The translations under genes were made by a program, and so were the position numbers. Below, in pieces: positions 14,381 through 28,076 of a stretch of DNA of 64,000 nt. Every line of letters begins with the position of its first letter. The stretch's first letter is position 1. The notes below the pieces were generated by a model. The model worked only from the letters and a program-made list of their open reading frames with translations. It was not told the origin of the DNA and ran no database searches. Source of the DNA: Lama guanicoe (taxonomy: Eukaryota); assembly GCA_013239625.1 (NCBI GenBank), contig MU054026.1, positions 62,001-126,000 of the forward strand, read 5' to 3'.

Positions 14381-17300
14381 CACATGTTACTTATGCTGGT
14401 TTCTAAGTTTATAATTTCATGGGTACAACCAGACGTGGAACTCCTTTAGGACCATTTATTGCTGCCTTTCCCTTTTTAGGCAACTGGGAAAAGAAGAAGT
14501 TTATCCAAAGTCAAGCTCTCTGACATGTCTCTGACCTGTACCTGCCAAGATTGTCACAGCCAAGCAGAGTAACATTAATAACACCAGACCACAACTGTTC
14601 TTTTTACTCTACTATTGATGATCAAATCTATTATTGATTGTAAAATAAGAAACAGGAAAAAATTATAACGTGGTTCAAAACATAAAGACTTTAGAGTATC
14701 CTATGCTTATTTTCTCTTTCCATCTTACAACTTTAAGAATTTAAAGGGGAATGTTCTGTTGCTCTGTGCTGCCATTGTATGGTTATCAAGTTCATTTGCT
14801 CACATATTAAAATAAAGTTGCTCCTCTGGCCTGCTTTGCAAGTTTGTCTTAGGGGATATTAGCGGGTCAAAAGTACCATGTGCCTTAACAATGGGTAATT
14901 TTTTTTTAAGCCTTTCTAGTCGAGATAATCATGAATGGTCTATGTCGCTAGTCTTTTGTAGTTGAAGAAAGAGGATTGCCTTAATCTCCAGAAAATCCTC
15001 ACAGTGTGTTAAAATCCACACTGTTTCAGGACAAGCAGCTCCAGGAACAATGCAGGCAAAGGAGAAAGACAGGGTCATGGAAAGTTAATTAATGGAGATT
15101 TCCGTCTCCCTAAGGAAAGCCAGAAGTCCAATGGGCTGTGTTCTAAAGGGCACACAGAGGACTGGGTTTGGTCAGGAATTCTTATGTTTGTCCATCTACC
15201 CATGCATGCATCCATTCATCCCTTTGTTCAGTATCCCACTATGTTGTAGAAACTAAACTAAGAATGAAGCATTCAGTAACTAAAGAGGCCAGAGTTGAGG
15301 TGGGATTGGGAGGGGGTGTGGAGAAGCAGACATGACGGCAGGAATCTAGCTAATGTCAAAGCTAAGCAGATGTGGTTCCAAGTAATAAATCCATTATTGC
15401 AAGGCCATGTCAATAATAGGCTGCCAAAAGATGCCGAGCCCTGTGCTTGCTCCTTCATGTACATTAGCCCATTTCACCCTCACAGAATATGAGATGTGTA
15501 TTATATCTTATAAATAAGCACCATTATGATCAAGAAAATTAAGTCACTTGCCCAAGGCGATTCAATTTGTAAGAGACAGAATGTGGATTCTGACTCCAAA
15601 GCCCATGATCGTTCTGTTGTGCAATCTTGGGCCCAAGGTCACCCCATGTAGCAGGGCAGGCAACCCCATCCAAGCTGAAGTTCAGGACAGAGTTATAGCC
15701 CCAGAGGAGGAAAAGACTGCTATGGAGCAAAACAATGAGGCCATCATCTTACAGGTCAGCTAGCCTAGCAGCCTACTAGAAGTCAGGTGCCACCAACGGC
15801 TCAGCCACAGTCACTGATGCTGGCAGGAGTTAGGGCGAGGAGACCTCTGTGAGAGAAGGGCATTACTAGTTCCAGCTGGGAGGGCTGGACATGGCGGCCC
15901 ATCAGAAACGAAGCCTGATACAATCCATTCTAGGTACTTGTAGCGATGCTCAAATCTGGTGAGTTAACTCTCACCAAAAGTTGAGATATTCGTACCTGAA
16001 ATGTCTTCTAGAATCAAAAGGGACATTTAACTTTTCTTCCTCCAGTGAAGAAAGTGTCTCTCCAAGCTGGCAGCCAAAGAGTAAATACCTACTTCAACTT
16101 ATTTGCTGGTTTCAATGCATACTACTTTGATTTGATAATTCTTAATGAGGACAGCAGACATCAGTGTTACAGGCAAACCTTTGGGTTGAAACCTGAAATA
16201 TCAACATATGCACAATCTCCTGATTTTCTCATCTTTGATGTACATTAGTTGGTTAATGGACTTGAGCCAGGTTATCTACACAGTCGAAACAAAGTGGATA
16301 ATTGTGCAATTATCGGATGAATTTAAACACTAAATCAAGTGACTTGGGAGAATTAAGATTTTTTCCTAAACTACTGGAGCATCTTTCTTTGGGGAAAGGG
16401 CGTGTAAACAAAAGCAGAAGTAGGTGTGTGTATTGGCCTTTCCCACTGAGTTATGTACAGAACAGCCTGAAGGGACTTCGCGAGGCTGGAAGAGAGACCC
16501 AACTTTTCAGGCTCTTTTCTGTAAACTCCATGTTTAGGAATGCCTCTTTACTGCCATCATTGGGAGCCAAGATACAAATAGAAACAAGACATGGCAGAAT
16601 CTTGGCATCAGCCCTTTTCTGGAAGCTTAATGTGTACGGTTCTAGATAAAACCAATCCCCCTTCATGTGGCGATCTGGGGTCCAAGCCTTGTAGTTGCAA
16701 TGATGTACTGTGTCAAGATAGTGTCAGGACCCACCATGTGAGCACGCTTGACCAGACGAGCACTAGTTCCCCAAAAGGCATGATGAATACGGGGGTGGAG
16801 GGTTTGGAACTAACCCGAGCCATACGGCATTAGATCATAACGGGCTGCCAGAGGGCTCTGAAGGCAGCCAACCGCTTTGCAAATGATCAGGTTTGGACAG
16901 ACTAGCCCCTACCTACCAGTATTAATACCCATGTTCAATAGATAAGAAAACTGAGGCATGGAGAGATTAACTAAGTAATTACTAACTAACTAATAACTAA
17001 CTTAATCTTTGATTAAGATCAAAGAACTGATCTTTCTGGGCCAAATCTCAGGTCTGATTGACTCCGAAATTGCTGTATTCTACATACCCCTCAAATGCCC
17101 CTACAGAAACCTATTCCCACAAAAGTGAAAATAAAATAGACCTTCACAGAATGCATTACCTCCCTTAGGGATAGTTTCACTGTGACGTGGGGTCAGGCAG
17201 TTAGCTTGATCAACTGCAACAGGCATTTCCCTATAATCGCATCACAGGTCACCCAAGCATGACTAGCACGCCGGACCAGAATGATCTAGCCTGCCAAACA

Positions 17301-20277
17301 ATGGAGCAGAGACTGTCCCTCAGAACTTAAAATAAAAAGTAAGAATCAAAGCCAGATACAGAGAGGGCAGAACACGTCACATTCGTGTAGAAGTCCATTA
17401 CCTGAATTATTCAAGTAAACACAAGCATATGCACGTACTAATTCAAATATTCCAAGCATGTCAAAATATAAACTTCAATATATTTCCATGGTTGATTGAT
17501 ATTAGATTGAATATTAGAAATTCTATATGATAAAACGTTCATCTTTATAGGAAAAAGTAAACTTTTCATTCACCAGGCAGTATATAGTCAATTCAGACTC
17601 GATTGAATAGTACCTAATATCAACACAGCCAAGATTCTTCAAAGTTTGTCGACGCTTCCAAAAACATTAACTAAAATCTAAGCAAGAAAATATGCATGAT
17701 GTTGTATTTCTGCAGACATTGAATAAAGACTTTTTACATCTTCATTAACTAGTTGGGAAGAAACTGTGTAGCGAAAGTTGGAGAGGGGAGTGTTTAGGAG
17801 TGAATGTCAATTCTGAGAAAAAAGATTTACTAGCTTCTAGGATTTCTAGGGAGTCACAGCAGCTCAAAATGGTGTATCTCTATGCCTAGCACCAACTAAT
17901 ATTTTACATCCAAGTGTAAAATATTTTGTTCTAAATTGAGAAATGAAGACTTTTGAATGATTATACTAACTGAGATCTTTTTTTTTTTTTAATGAAAGGG
18001 ATATATTATAGAATTTCCGTAGTGGGATCTGGGATCTGTTTTCTAAGGACGGCTTGGAAGTCCTCTCTTTTGGAAAAGGGTGGCCAATGAATTTTAAAAT
18101 ATTAAAACGCCCTGATTTGAAAAGCAAAGCAAGAAATGAATTACACATAAATTTCAAGAATGAGAGGGAATTACGTGTCATATGTAATATCAAGTGGCAA
18201 TACCAGGACACTAGACCGGGCAAGAATTACTATGAAAAATTGCCTGGTTTAAATAGCAATTAAGGATTTAATGGGGGAAAGTAATCAGGAATATGGGTGA
18301 TCTAGCCAGCAAAAGAGCATTAAGTGGGTAATACCGCACTCAAAATACGCCCCGTGAATATTCATGAGTTGATCTTATTGTGACTTATCTACACGGTGAC
18401 ATTTTCCTGTAGGAAAACAGTTGACTAGAAGAAAATTGCTCTTGAGCTTCTGAACAATATAAAATTCATATTGTAAAGGAAGCAAAATTTAGTGCTATGA
18501 GTACATGATGGACAGTTGAATAAAATGTTGGCAAACAGGGACTGTGCACATTTAAACTGCAATTTACCACTTCAGGAAAATCCATGCAGTTTGCTATGTA
18601 CATCCCAATAAATCAAAAACACATGAAAAGTGGTTGGTTTTTAAAAAAATAGAAGTATCTTCCTGGACTACCTCTCAAATATTTCTGCCTATGCTTGTTC
18701 ACTTAAGATAATTGCTTTCATTGAACGTGGAAAAAAGGCTTTAAAGAATCTCAGATAAGAAAGTTCCTGTCCAAGTTAAGAAAAGTCTGTTCCTTCGCTC
18801 TTGTGAAGCTACCTGGAAAGAAGAAAACAAGCAGAAACAGAAATAGCAACAAAAGTCCACTCTGCGAATAAAGGATCATCTTAGGAAAATGACGTAATTT
18901 CAAAGCCCTCGGCGGATATGGAAATCACGAGAACTAGAATATTTGCGGGTGAAATGTTGGCTGCACTTAACTCATGCAAAAGAACCCGCTGAGAAAATGC
19001 ATCGAGTTTGACCTGAATTAGCCAGACAGGCTGTCTGAAGCTGTGTCCGCATATCAGCAAATGGTGTGAGAAGATTAAACATATATACATGCAGTTTGTT
19101 GCCGTAGAACTTCCTTGTGAACATACTGTCAACACCATTTTCTTTTTACATCTTGGCCCAAAACATGACAGCCAGTCAAATTGAGTGGTTCTCCTGGGTA
19201 CGTTTGTGTTTTCTTTAGAAAGTGGCTGACTGGTTTCTGATCTGCAGGAGGTGATACCGTGCATTTGTGGTGTTCATATGCCCACTGTTTTGTTTTTGTT
19301 TTTTTGTTTTTTGTTTTTCTGAACCTTCACCTTACAGAGGTGCTGATGACAAGCCAACTTCTCTTTGTTTTTTTGGCATCACAGTCATAGTTACATTCAG
19401 CATCCAAGAATTTAAAGGAAGGAACACACCTCCAGCAACTGAACAGAAAGAAAAATCTTGATCATAGCTAAAACAACTCTGTCACCTTCAGCCTCCAAAA
19501 TAAAGTCCAACTTTTTGCCCATTCGTATTAATTGAACCGGGGTTCACTCCAAGTTCTGTGCACTACCACGAGAAACAGAAAATGTACATCCATCCGTCCC
19601 ACCCACCTTTCATACGTAAGTTTGATATTTACAGATTGCTAAAGTTATTGTGAAGATTAATTTAACTTAAAGGTGTTGAAGCTTAGCAAGAACTCCAAAC
19701 ATTCTTCCTTTCCATCAAAAGTAAGATTCTTGGTCGGTTTGCTTCCTGGGGAAAAAAAGAGTACATGATCACTAGGGAGATGGATACTTATAATTAATAC
19801 AACCTGTGAATGTCAGCTTCAGCATAACTTTTCCCTCCACACTTGTCATGGTGTCGCATTCATCCTTGAGGGATCCATCAATTCACACAGAAGCATCAGG
19901 AGGCCAGAAGGAAAGTTTGTCTTCATTTCCACTTCCTTTCCAAGGTTAACTACCTTCAGATCGCATTCAGACTAAAATAAGGAACTCGGGATTTTTTTTC
20001 CCCTGAAGTTTTAGTTCTTAAACGTAAAAAGAAAAGAAAGAGAAGTTAAGCCTAAAATGAGTGTCATGTGTATCCATGACAGTCAAAGCAATACTCACAC
20101 TATTGCAGTGCTGTGACCTTGAGCTTTAGCAACTTACTGACCTTGATCTGCAAATGTAAACCAAAGATACTGAATACTTGCAAATATAATGATAGACCCA
20201 CACATTTCTACTAGTGAAAAAAAATCTGTAAATATAAAGTCATGAAATGATAAAAGGTGGTGATTACAACAAAGCAA

Positions 20278-20357
20278 AGTGGCAGAGTGAATGCTTAGGC
20301 TGCATGAGGTCCTGGGTTCAATTCCCAGTACTTCCATCAAATTAAAAAAAAAAGAAA
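20278..20357 (+). mobile_element. tRNA-Ala-derived SINE (vic-1-like), 5'-truncated
   Basis: agtggcagagtgaatgcttaggctgcatgaggtcctgggttcaattcccagtacttcca plus an A tail. B-box-like ggttcaattcc. Candidate TSD aaagcaa at 20271-20277 and 20358-20364. Confidence 0.85.
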
Positions 20358-20537
20358 AAAGCAATAACAGTGACCCATACACTACCCTGAAGACTGGAGC
20401 ATAAAGGGGAGGATCCACCTGCTGCTCAGAAAGCATGCAAGTGCAATAGAAGCAGAGCAAAAGCTGATCTTCTCTTTGCCATCTGCTACCTTTATATTCT
20501 AGTTCCCCGGTATTACACCAGCTCTTTCCTTACTCTT

Positions 20538-20625
20538 TTTCTTTTTTAATGGAGGTACTGGGGATTGAACCCAGGACCTTGCACATGATAAGCATGCACC
20601 CTACCACTGAGCTATATCCTTCCCA
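20538..20625 (-). mobile_element. tRNA-Ala-derived SINE (vic-1-like), full-length
   Basis: Reverse complement gggaaggatatagctcagtggtagggtgcatgcttatcatgtgcaaggtcctgggttcaatccccagtacctcca plus an A tail, with A and B boxes. 15-bp TSD tctttccttaYtctt at 20523-20537 and 20626-20640. Confidence 0.92.
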
Positions 20626-20672
20626 TCTTTCCTTATTCTTGGTCTGTATATGGCATTAACAATCGTTGGTAC

Positions 20673-20891
20673 TTTTTTTTTTAATCGAAGTATAGTCAGT
20701 TACAGTGTGTCAATTTCTGATGTCCCAGTGATGCATATATAGATACATATATTTGTTTTTATGTTTTTTTCATTAAAAGTTATTGTAAGATATTGAATAT
20801 AGTTCCCTGTGCTATACAGAAAAAAATTGTTTTTTTATCTATTTTTATATACAATGGTTATCATTTGCAAATCTCAGACTCCCAAATTTAC
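20673..20891 (-). mobile_element. 5'-truncated lineage-specific L1 (3' UTR)
   Basis: Reverse complement matches the 3' UTR of the L1 at ~38830-39050. T tract at the left end; TSD ttggtac at 20666-20672 and 20892-20898. Confidence 0.9.
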
Positions 20892-21303
20892 TTGGTACCA
20901 TTTTTAAATTTTATTTCTGTGAGCCTCGGTTTAGCCTGGAATTAGATTTCTTGAAATTCTCTTTTGTTTTTTTGTTTTTGTTTCCGTTTAATTTTATGGT
21001 TCTCTTTTATATTTGCTCTTAGTCATGTGTTCCTTCTTTCCTCCATCCTTTTAATCTTTGACTTCATCTGATTTTAAAACCAGCATAGTCAACTTTCTCT
21101 AAATGACTCTTCATGCTCTGAATTTCTAAAGTGAACATTATTTTTCAGACTTTCACATCCCTTCCTCAGCCACATGACTGCCTCAATGCTAATCTAGCAG
21201 TGTTTGTTTAAGTTGTAGCATAAAGAGACTTTGTCATTTCTTCTGCAATTCCTTTCCCATCCCTTTCTCTGACTCTGCTTGCTTTGGGAAGGAGGTAGTT
21301 AGG

Positions 21304-21406
21304 TTTATTTACTTACTTATTTATTTTGAGTAGAGACACTGGGGATTGAACTGAGGACCCCATGCGCGCTAAGTGTGCACTCTACCACTGAGCTCTCCCC
21401 CTCCCC
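21304..21406 (-). mobile_element. tRNA-Ala-derived SINE (vic-1-like)
   Basis: ctggggattgaactgaggaccccatgcgcgctaagtgtgcactctaccactgagctctccccctcccc preceded by a T-rich tail. Confidence 0.88.
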
Positions 21407-24394
21407 TCTTTCTCTGGCCTGTTCCCTCCTTGTCTGGATACTCCACCACCAGCAGCCACAACTACAGCTCTTCTTCCTGGATCTACCCCTGGCCTTGGCT
21501 CTCTTCTTTGGCTTTCTGACTACACGCCCTACCAGCAACACCAAATCCATATGACTCCAAAGCCTAGTTAACCAATCCTCTCCCTTCTGCAGAGTCACAC
21601 GTCTCCTGTAACCAGCATAAACAACTCTACACAGGCAGGTTACAAGTAGGGTCAAACAGAAAGCGTTGCTTAGAGACTCAACACTCCTGAAGAACAGAAA
21701 ATTCACCATTTCTGTCTTGAAAGTGTCTTCTTCTGAATGGTTAAAAAGAAAAGCCCGGGGGGTATATACAGCCCCAAACGTGATGGTCCCAACTTCCACT
21801 CCCAAGAGGAATCTAATAAGTCCCCACTGACATTACTTTTTTGGGGGGGGGGTGTCATACAGGAAATCTGAAACTGGGTCCCCTGGAGCCAGCCCTTGCT
21901 GTGGACCTGCTCAGTGACCGGGGAAGATCTGGTATTGTGGGTTCTCTAAGACAGACTGACCCCACCCTTTACCCACCCTTTGACACCACAGAGATCTGGA
22001 CATGTTACCAGTTACAGGTGAGGAAGGCACTGTGTTTCATAACACCATCCGGGTGGTTCTGCCGCACCTCCACCTTCTCCTTGCTCTGCCGTATTGGGCG
22101 CCTCTAGCTTAGCATTGCCTTTTCTTACTCTTGATTATGAATTCCAGCATTGTTACCATTACTTTGTTGCCAGTTCTTGTCACTTTCTTCAAAATCAAAA
22201 ATAGTCTAGAATATTGGTTTCCTTCAGCATTTGATAAAAATTAAATGGACATCAGGTTATGTTAAGTATGTAGCTCTTACTTGTAGCCAAACTAGTTCAT
22301 ATACATATGTATGTAGCCCATTTTTAACATAGACTTTCTGTGATCTGTATTTGAAAAACATGGTCCACATCTTCCCCCTGCATGACTTTTGCAGCCTATT
22401 CCTGCTACATCATTGATTCTGTGTCTAATTCCTCTTATCTGAGTTTCAAATACTTCCCACCATATCCACCACTCCATTTTCATTGATTTTTCAGAGTTAT
22501 AGACATTTTGAAGACGTAAAACTTGTTTTACTTCTCTACCTATTAAACTATCTTAAGAACAAATTATGCCCTTCCACTCATAAACCTTGCCCGGCTGAGT
22601 CTCTACAGAGACCATGGCAATTATATTTTGTGTATGTGTGTTTAAATATCATTATCTTTGTTCTCTTCCACTCAAAGTCATTTCTTTACTTTGAATTCCC
22701 TGCATTGTCTCAGATACGTCTTATCTCTGGTTTCCTATGTCAGTTACTTTTAAAATTCAGTTTTATGATGTTTCCATTCTCTCTAATATGCTGGAATGCA
22801 GAAAGGTAGTCTTCAAGTCCTTTGAATGTTTCGACGAGCAGAGGGCACGATTTCACTCAGAGCAGATGAAACTTGTGTCAGGCTTGGGGTAAAACAGACA
22901 TCTAGCACATCATTATACATTCCTGCAACAGTTTCTGTAGTTTTCAATATTTTTTGAAGTGTCAGATGAATATATATCCTCATTAGCATCCTTGCAAACG
23001 CCATCTATAAATTTCCATAGAAATTCTCCTGTTTCTGGATTTGGGGATGTAGATCTTGGAGGTTGGAAGGAATTGCTCAATAAATGCAATTTCTGGCGTC
23101 CTCTATTCCTTTTAGGCTGAGATAACTTAGTTTACTAGGCACTCAGGACAGAGTGTTTAGTCCAAGTATTTACTTCAAGGTGTCAGAAGCAAGAGGCTAA
23201 GGATGAGATTAAATTTATTGCACAAAGACATGTTTTTACATAATCTGACTAGAAATTCCTTGAAAGCAGACACACTCTGTTGAAAACAACAACCACCACA
23301 GAAAATACTCGAACAGAGTATGCTGAGTCCTTCCTCCACGACTTGCCACTGTATTTTCTCAAAGATAATTGATTCAAGGGCAAATTTGCAGCCGGGTGTC
23401 TAAGATATGATACCCTGAGCAAGTTAAAGGTCTGGAAGCCAAAGTTTACATCTTCAAAGGTGAGAAGGAAAAACCAGGACATACAACTGAAGTAAACGTA
23501 TAGCTCGAAATCCAGGAAATCAAGCAAGCAAGATATTGACACCAGTCATCCCAAGAAAGAGTGCATTTAATCCGAAGGCAAGGATGGTTTCCCCTTTGGC
23601 ATCTGGTAATTGTCATATAGGATCTTTGCCTATGTGCAGATGACTGAGGACCAGAAAAAAATCACACACACCAAGCTGCCCAGGCACATTCTTATTAGTG
23701 CCAAGGTGAGGACAGGAGTTTTGTCCTCAAAAATTTTGTACACAGCTACCCCTTGCCGTCAAGGGGATATATGTCACCAGTTGATAAAATAAAACAGCTC
23801 ACATGTAAAACATAATTGCTACTAAAGTGCTGGCTTTGAGAAAGCTCAGAGAAGAAAGTGATGAAGATAGTCTGATGAAAAAACTACAACAATAATGACA
23901 ATCTTTGCTGATACAACAATAATAAAGGTATTGTTATCAACCCTCTTCCTATTTACTGAACACTTTCTACATGTCAGACTGTTCTATGTGCCCTGTATCA
24001 GTTAATCCTCATGTGATGACTGTGAAGCAGAGACAATCATTGCTTTCTTTTTGGAATCAGGAAAGCAGCTTAGAAGAGGTTCAGTACAAAATGTCAGACC
24101 CTCAACTAAACCTTCATAGAGATTCTCAGTAGGAGCCTGAAAGGTAGACGAGACCGGGAAGGCAGAAGGGGAGAACACACTACTGAAAGCCAGTGTAAGA
24201 TTAGCTGGAGGCGCTCAGAGTCCCTCTACTCGGAAAAGGGGGAGGTTCACTCAGTAGGTGAGGTGGGGCCAGATTCTAGAAGGATGGCTTCAGGGCAGTC
24301 CTGTAAATGCAGAACTTCCTGGATTTCTGATTTCCCCAAAGATTCAGCCTAAGGAATTATTTGCTTCCCAAATCTAGTGGGTGTTCATTATCAG

Positions 24395-24612
24395 ACAAAC
24401 ATGAATTTAATTTCAGTTCTTCCTACAGAAAGAATGAGACTTTGACAGGCCACTTGAACTGGACCAAGTCTCAGTGCTCACATCTGTCAAATGGGGCTAA
24501 TAACAGAACATAAATCATAGAGCTATTGTGAGGGTTAAATGAGAGAAGTCCCGCAGTGCATTCAACCCCCAGTCTAACATACAGCAATCACTTAATAAAT
24601 ATTAGTTCTTAG
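24395..24612 (+). mobile_element. MIR SINE
   Basis: Core tctcagtgctcacatctgtcaaatggggctaataacagaac...catagagctattgtgagggttaaatgag...cacttaataaatattag. Confidence 0.8.
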
Positions 24613-25939
24613 CATCACTACACTGTGTAAGGCACTGTTCTATGAATAGAAAGAAGCAGAAGTTATGATGTCAACCCCTAAATTGCTTAAATTCAGAAAA
24701 GGACTGTAGATATAGTTGCCCCTTTGTGGCTAAGATGACACTGTAGAGTTGGCTCACCGTTTCCATGAAGTCTTCCAGTAGTTGCCGTGAAGCAAAGATT
24801 ACTCCCCTGCTCAGCTCCTTACTGTTCTCAGCATGTAGCTGGTGTGATGATATGTTACAGCTGCAAAAGAATGGCTGTTCGGCCAGGACTGTGTGGAGCG
24901 TGGGTCTGTGTCCCCTTTAAGTATGGGTGACTGTGGGATGTGGAAAGCAGTTTATAAGAAGAGCAGGTTTGATGCTGGAGAAGGAGACTGAGCGGTGCCT
25001 ACAGCAACCTGGCCAGGTTTTTCAAGGACTAGTATACAAGGCAGAGGAACGGGGTCAAATGAATCTACTGAATCAAATTAAGGTATCCTGACTGTCTATT
25101 GTCCTCTTCCAAGAGGACAAGTTTAAGATGTTGGTTGAGGGAGACTCGTATTTCTACACAGCTCTCTCTCTCTACCTAGTGAGCTCATCACCAATGTTTT
25201 CTAGGCTCTCAATGCCCTCACAGCCCTTCTTACAGAGAATCATCCTCTGTTTAATCAGGTTTGTCTTCCTTAGAGAGTTACTTGTTGAACATCACGTTTT
25301 GTTTTCTTCTTAATCTCATTTTTCTCTGTCCCACATTATTAACTGCACTCCTTAATGCAGCTGCTTTCTGCTGTATGTGATGAGGGAAGCAATGCAATTA
25401 AATAAATTTATTTAATTTAAGGTGTGAATGACTGATACCTTTTTTCTCTTACCATCATTATATGCCCTGTGACAAGGTATCCTTAAAATGTGTCCACTCA
25501 GTGACCAAGTGTGTTTAGAATCTAAATTAAGGTCTAGTCAATAGAAATTATGCTGTTTTATACGTTGAAGGGAAAAAGAGATTTTTTAAAACATAGGAGA
25601 TAGATTGCAGGGGGGTTTATTTTTGGCAATGAGGACAAGGATTCCTTCTTGTAGCACGTTGGACCCTGAATCTCCTTGTTTTATTGGAAAAGGCCCTCTT
25701 GTAGAATACCCTTAATGTGACACATGTATTTAGAACTAGAAGGAATTCTAATTGGAGAGTATTTGCCAATGGTGTTGAATTATGCCTTCTGGGAAGATGG
25801 TGACGATTCCAAGAAAATTTCAGCAACAAGGCAGCACAGGGACCAATGACATTCGAATTGGTTCTACATAAAGATAGCCAGGTGGACAGAAACATTCTGA
25901 CTTTTCATCTCAGCTAGGGACTTACCGGCCCCCTGATGA

Positions 25940-26350
25940 AAAGGACTCAAGCCACAGCACTGAGGACCGCTCAGTAAAGATGTTTTCCCAGCATGTGGCA
26001 GCAGTCAAAAAGCAAACAGGTTTTCCGGGATGTAACAAAAAGGGTTGGAAGATACAGTGGCACAATGAACAATGAAGGCTTTTTTCTTCAGAGAGACTGG
26101 ATGTCTGCCATCTTCACACCTGAAAGCTAGGAGGCAGGTTGAAAGAACCCCCAGCAGTGTGTGTGAGACAGCTCGAAGTGAGGATGATCTATTCTGAATG
26201 TCTGGGAAGGCAAATTGCTGGCAGTCAGCTGGAAGGATTCACAATTATGAAAGGCATGGCGAAAACTGATCAGATTCTCCTTTCTACCATGCTTCATGCT
26301 TCAAAACAACCAGAACCTCGTTTTATTAAAATGCTCATCGCTGTCTGTTA
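25940..26350 (+). mobile_element. Possible CR1/L3-family relic
   Basis: cagcatgtggcagcagtcaaaaagcaaacagg and acaattatgaaaggcatgg resemble CR1 ORF2 C-terminal sequence. Highly degenerate. Confidence 0.4.
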
Positions 26351-28076
26351 AGGAGATGGGAGTCTGCTTGACAGCACTGCCCAAAAGGCATTGTTAGGGA
26401 TGCTGGCAAGGCTGTCAGGCCACCTGACCCAGACAGGGCTCTTGCTCAAGCATCCCCATAGCACAGCCCTGGAAGCTGAAATCCATTGCAGAGACAAGTC
26501 AGGCTGATTCCTAGATTAAATTCCCCTGTCCACTGCTGTGTGCTCCACCGAATGTGGTAAGCTGAGCGTGAGCTTCAGCAAAGGGCTGTTGAGCAAATAA
26601 AGGCAGATAAAGAATGTTAAAGGGACCTCCCCCCTCCAAAATTATAAATTGCAAACTATCAGACCATCCATAGCCTCAGCCAAGTCCAAATGGCTTCATT
26701 TTCCTTTTCCAGCCTGGCCAGTCCGCTTGAGTCTCTCCCACTGGCATTTTTGGGATACAGTCCAGGCCATTACGAACAGATCCAACAATGTGCAGTGATC
26801 TTGAAGCTTGCAGAAAAGTTTGGGACTACTTAAATTATACCCCATTTATCTTTACCAGGGGATTTTGTAGTTCTGTCAAAAGCATCCTTGGTTCCCTGGT
26901 GAGCTAACTTGCAGTAATTCTGCGATTTGGGAAATATTTAGAGGTATAATTCTTAATACGTGCTCTGGATTCAGGAGTTCCTTTTAATTGCATCTTCAGT
27001 CTCCTTCCTTCCCAATGACTGGACCTCTTTCCTTTTGCATCGTACGGTATTGACCCTTGGTGTCTTTTCAGCTACATATAGAGTCAGGCCCCTTGGTCAA
27101 CCTTGACCATCACCCAGACACGGAAGGCTGTTTCTAGACTCAATCAAGCCACTTTTAAATGTTCATTTGCCGGGGGCACAGCTGATTCAAACTCCTGTGT
27201 TCCTGCATGCAATGTTTTTTTCTTTTCTGATTAGCACTTCGCTAAAACAATACTTTAGGGGAACTGCTGGAGTTTTCAAGAAATCAAGGGCCAGACTATG
27301 TGATATTGTGGCAAGAGCCATGGACCTAGAGGCAGAGGAGCTGACTTTAGTCCATACCTACCCTCTCTCTTCTCCCCTTCCTTCCTTCCTCTGTATCTCA
27401 TTCTGTCGACACTATTTTTCAGCTGCACTCTCTACTCTTGCCAGGAAGGTCTATTAACAGACCCTATGTGGGCAGCGCCTGCTCCTGTAGACATTTTGCT
27501 TATATTGCTCCTTGACCATGTAGGCAGTCGCCTCTCTGGGCCCCAGATGTTCAAACACTGCTCTTCCTTTAAGATTCTGCTCTGGTCTCACCTTCATTGT
27601 GGACCATTGATGATTGTACCCAATCCTCAGCTCTTCTTGCCTCTCAATTTGTCCTGTACTTCTTTTCATCCTTTTAACAGTCAGTCACTGTTTTCCAAGT
27701 ATTTTATTTGTTTAGGTTTTGTCTTGATAGTTAGACTGTAAGTTCTCTAAGGTCAAACTTATCCATCTTTTGCATTCCTTAAAATAATCATATTGTAGGT
27801 ATAGGACAGGTCTTAAAGTATATTAAATGATGGGGCACTAAATATCAGCCAATTCTCTACTTTGATCTCAACTGTTTATTTCAGTAGATCCCCTTATATC
27901 TCCAGGTAGAGATATAAGTGGGCTTCACTTTGTAGGTCTATTATTCATATGCCCCTAGTTCGTAATACTATACTTAGCAAAAGCTATTTTTAAAAGGATA
28001 ATTCTAAAAGAAAAAAAAAACTTCTGAACAAAATTTTGACTATTGTCTATGGCTTCAATGTTAAGTATTACAATAT

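Noticed and set aside
16965..17010. (TAAC)-like short repeats, considered as a CRISPR-like or telomeric array
   Set aside because: A degenerate microsatellite within a MIR-like sequence, with no repeat-spacer structure.
17183..17190. UPRE-like TGACGTGG (also at 56354-56361 on the minus strand)
   Set aside because: Isolated 8-mers with no promoter context; the count is compatible with chance.
18881..19264. 127-aa minus-strand ORF
   Set aside because: No family similarity or splice context that I can recognise; treated as non-coding.
20538..20625. Possible tRNA-Ala gene
   Set aside because: It has an A tail, a TSD, and substitutions in the anticodon arm and stems, so it is a SINE copy rather than a functional tRNA.
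21317..21805. Longest ORF in the track (162 aa, minus)
   Set aside because: Non-ATG start, low-complexity composition, and its end runs through a SINE.
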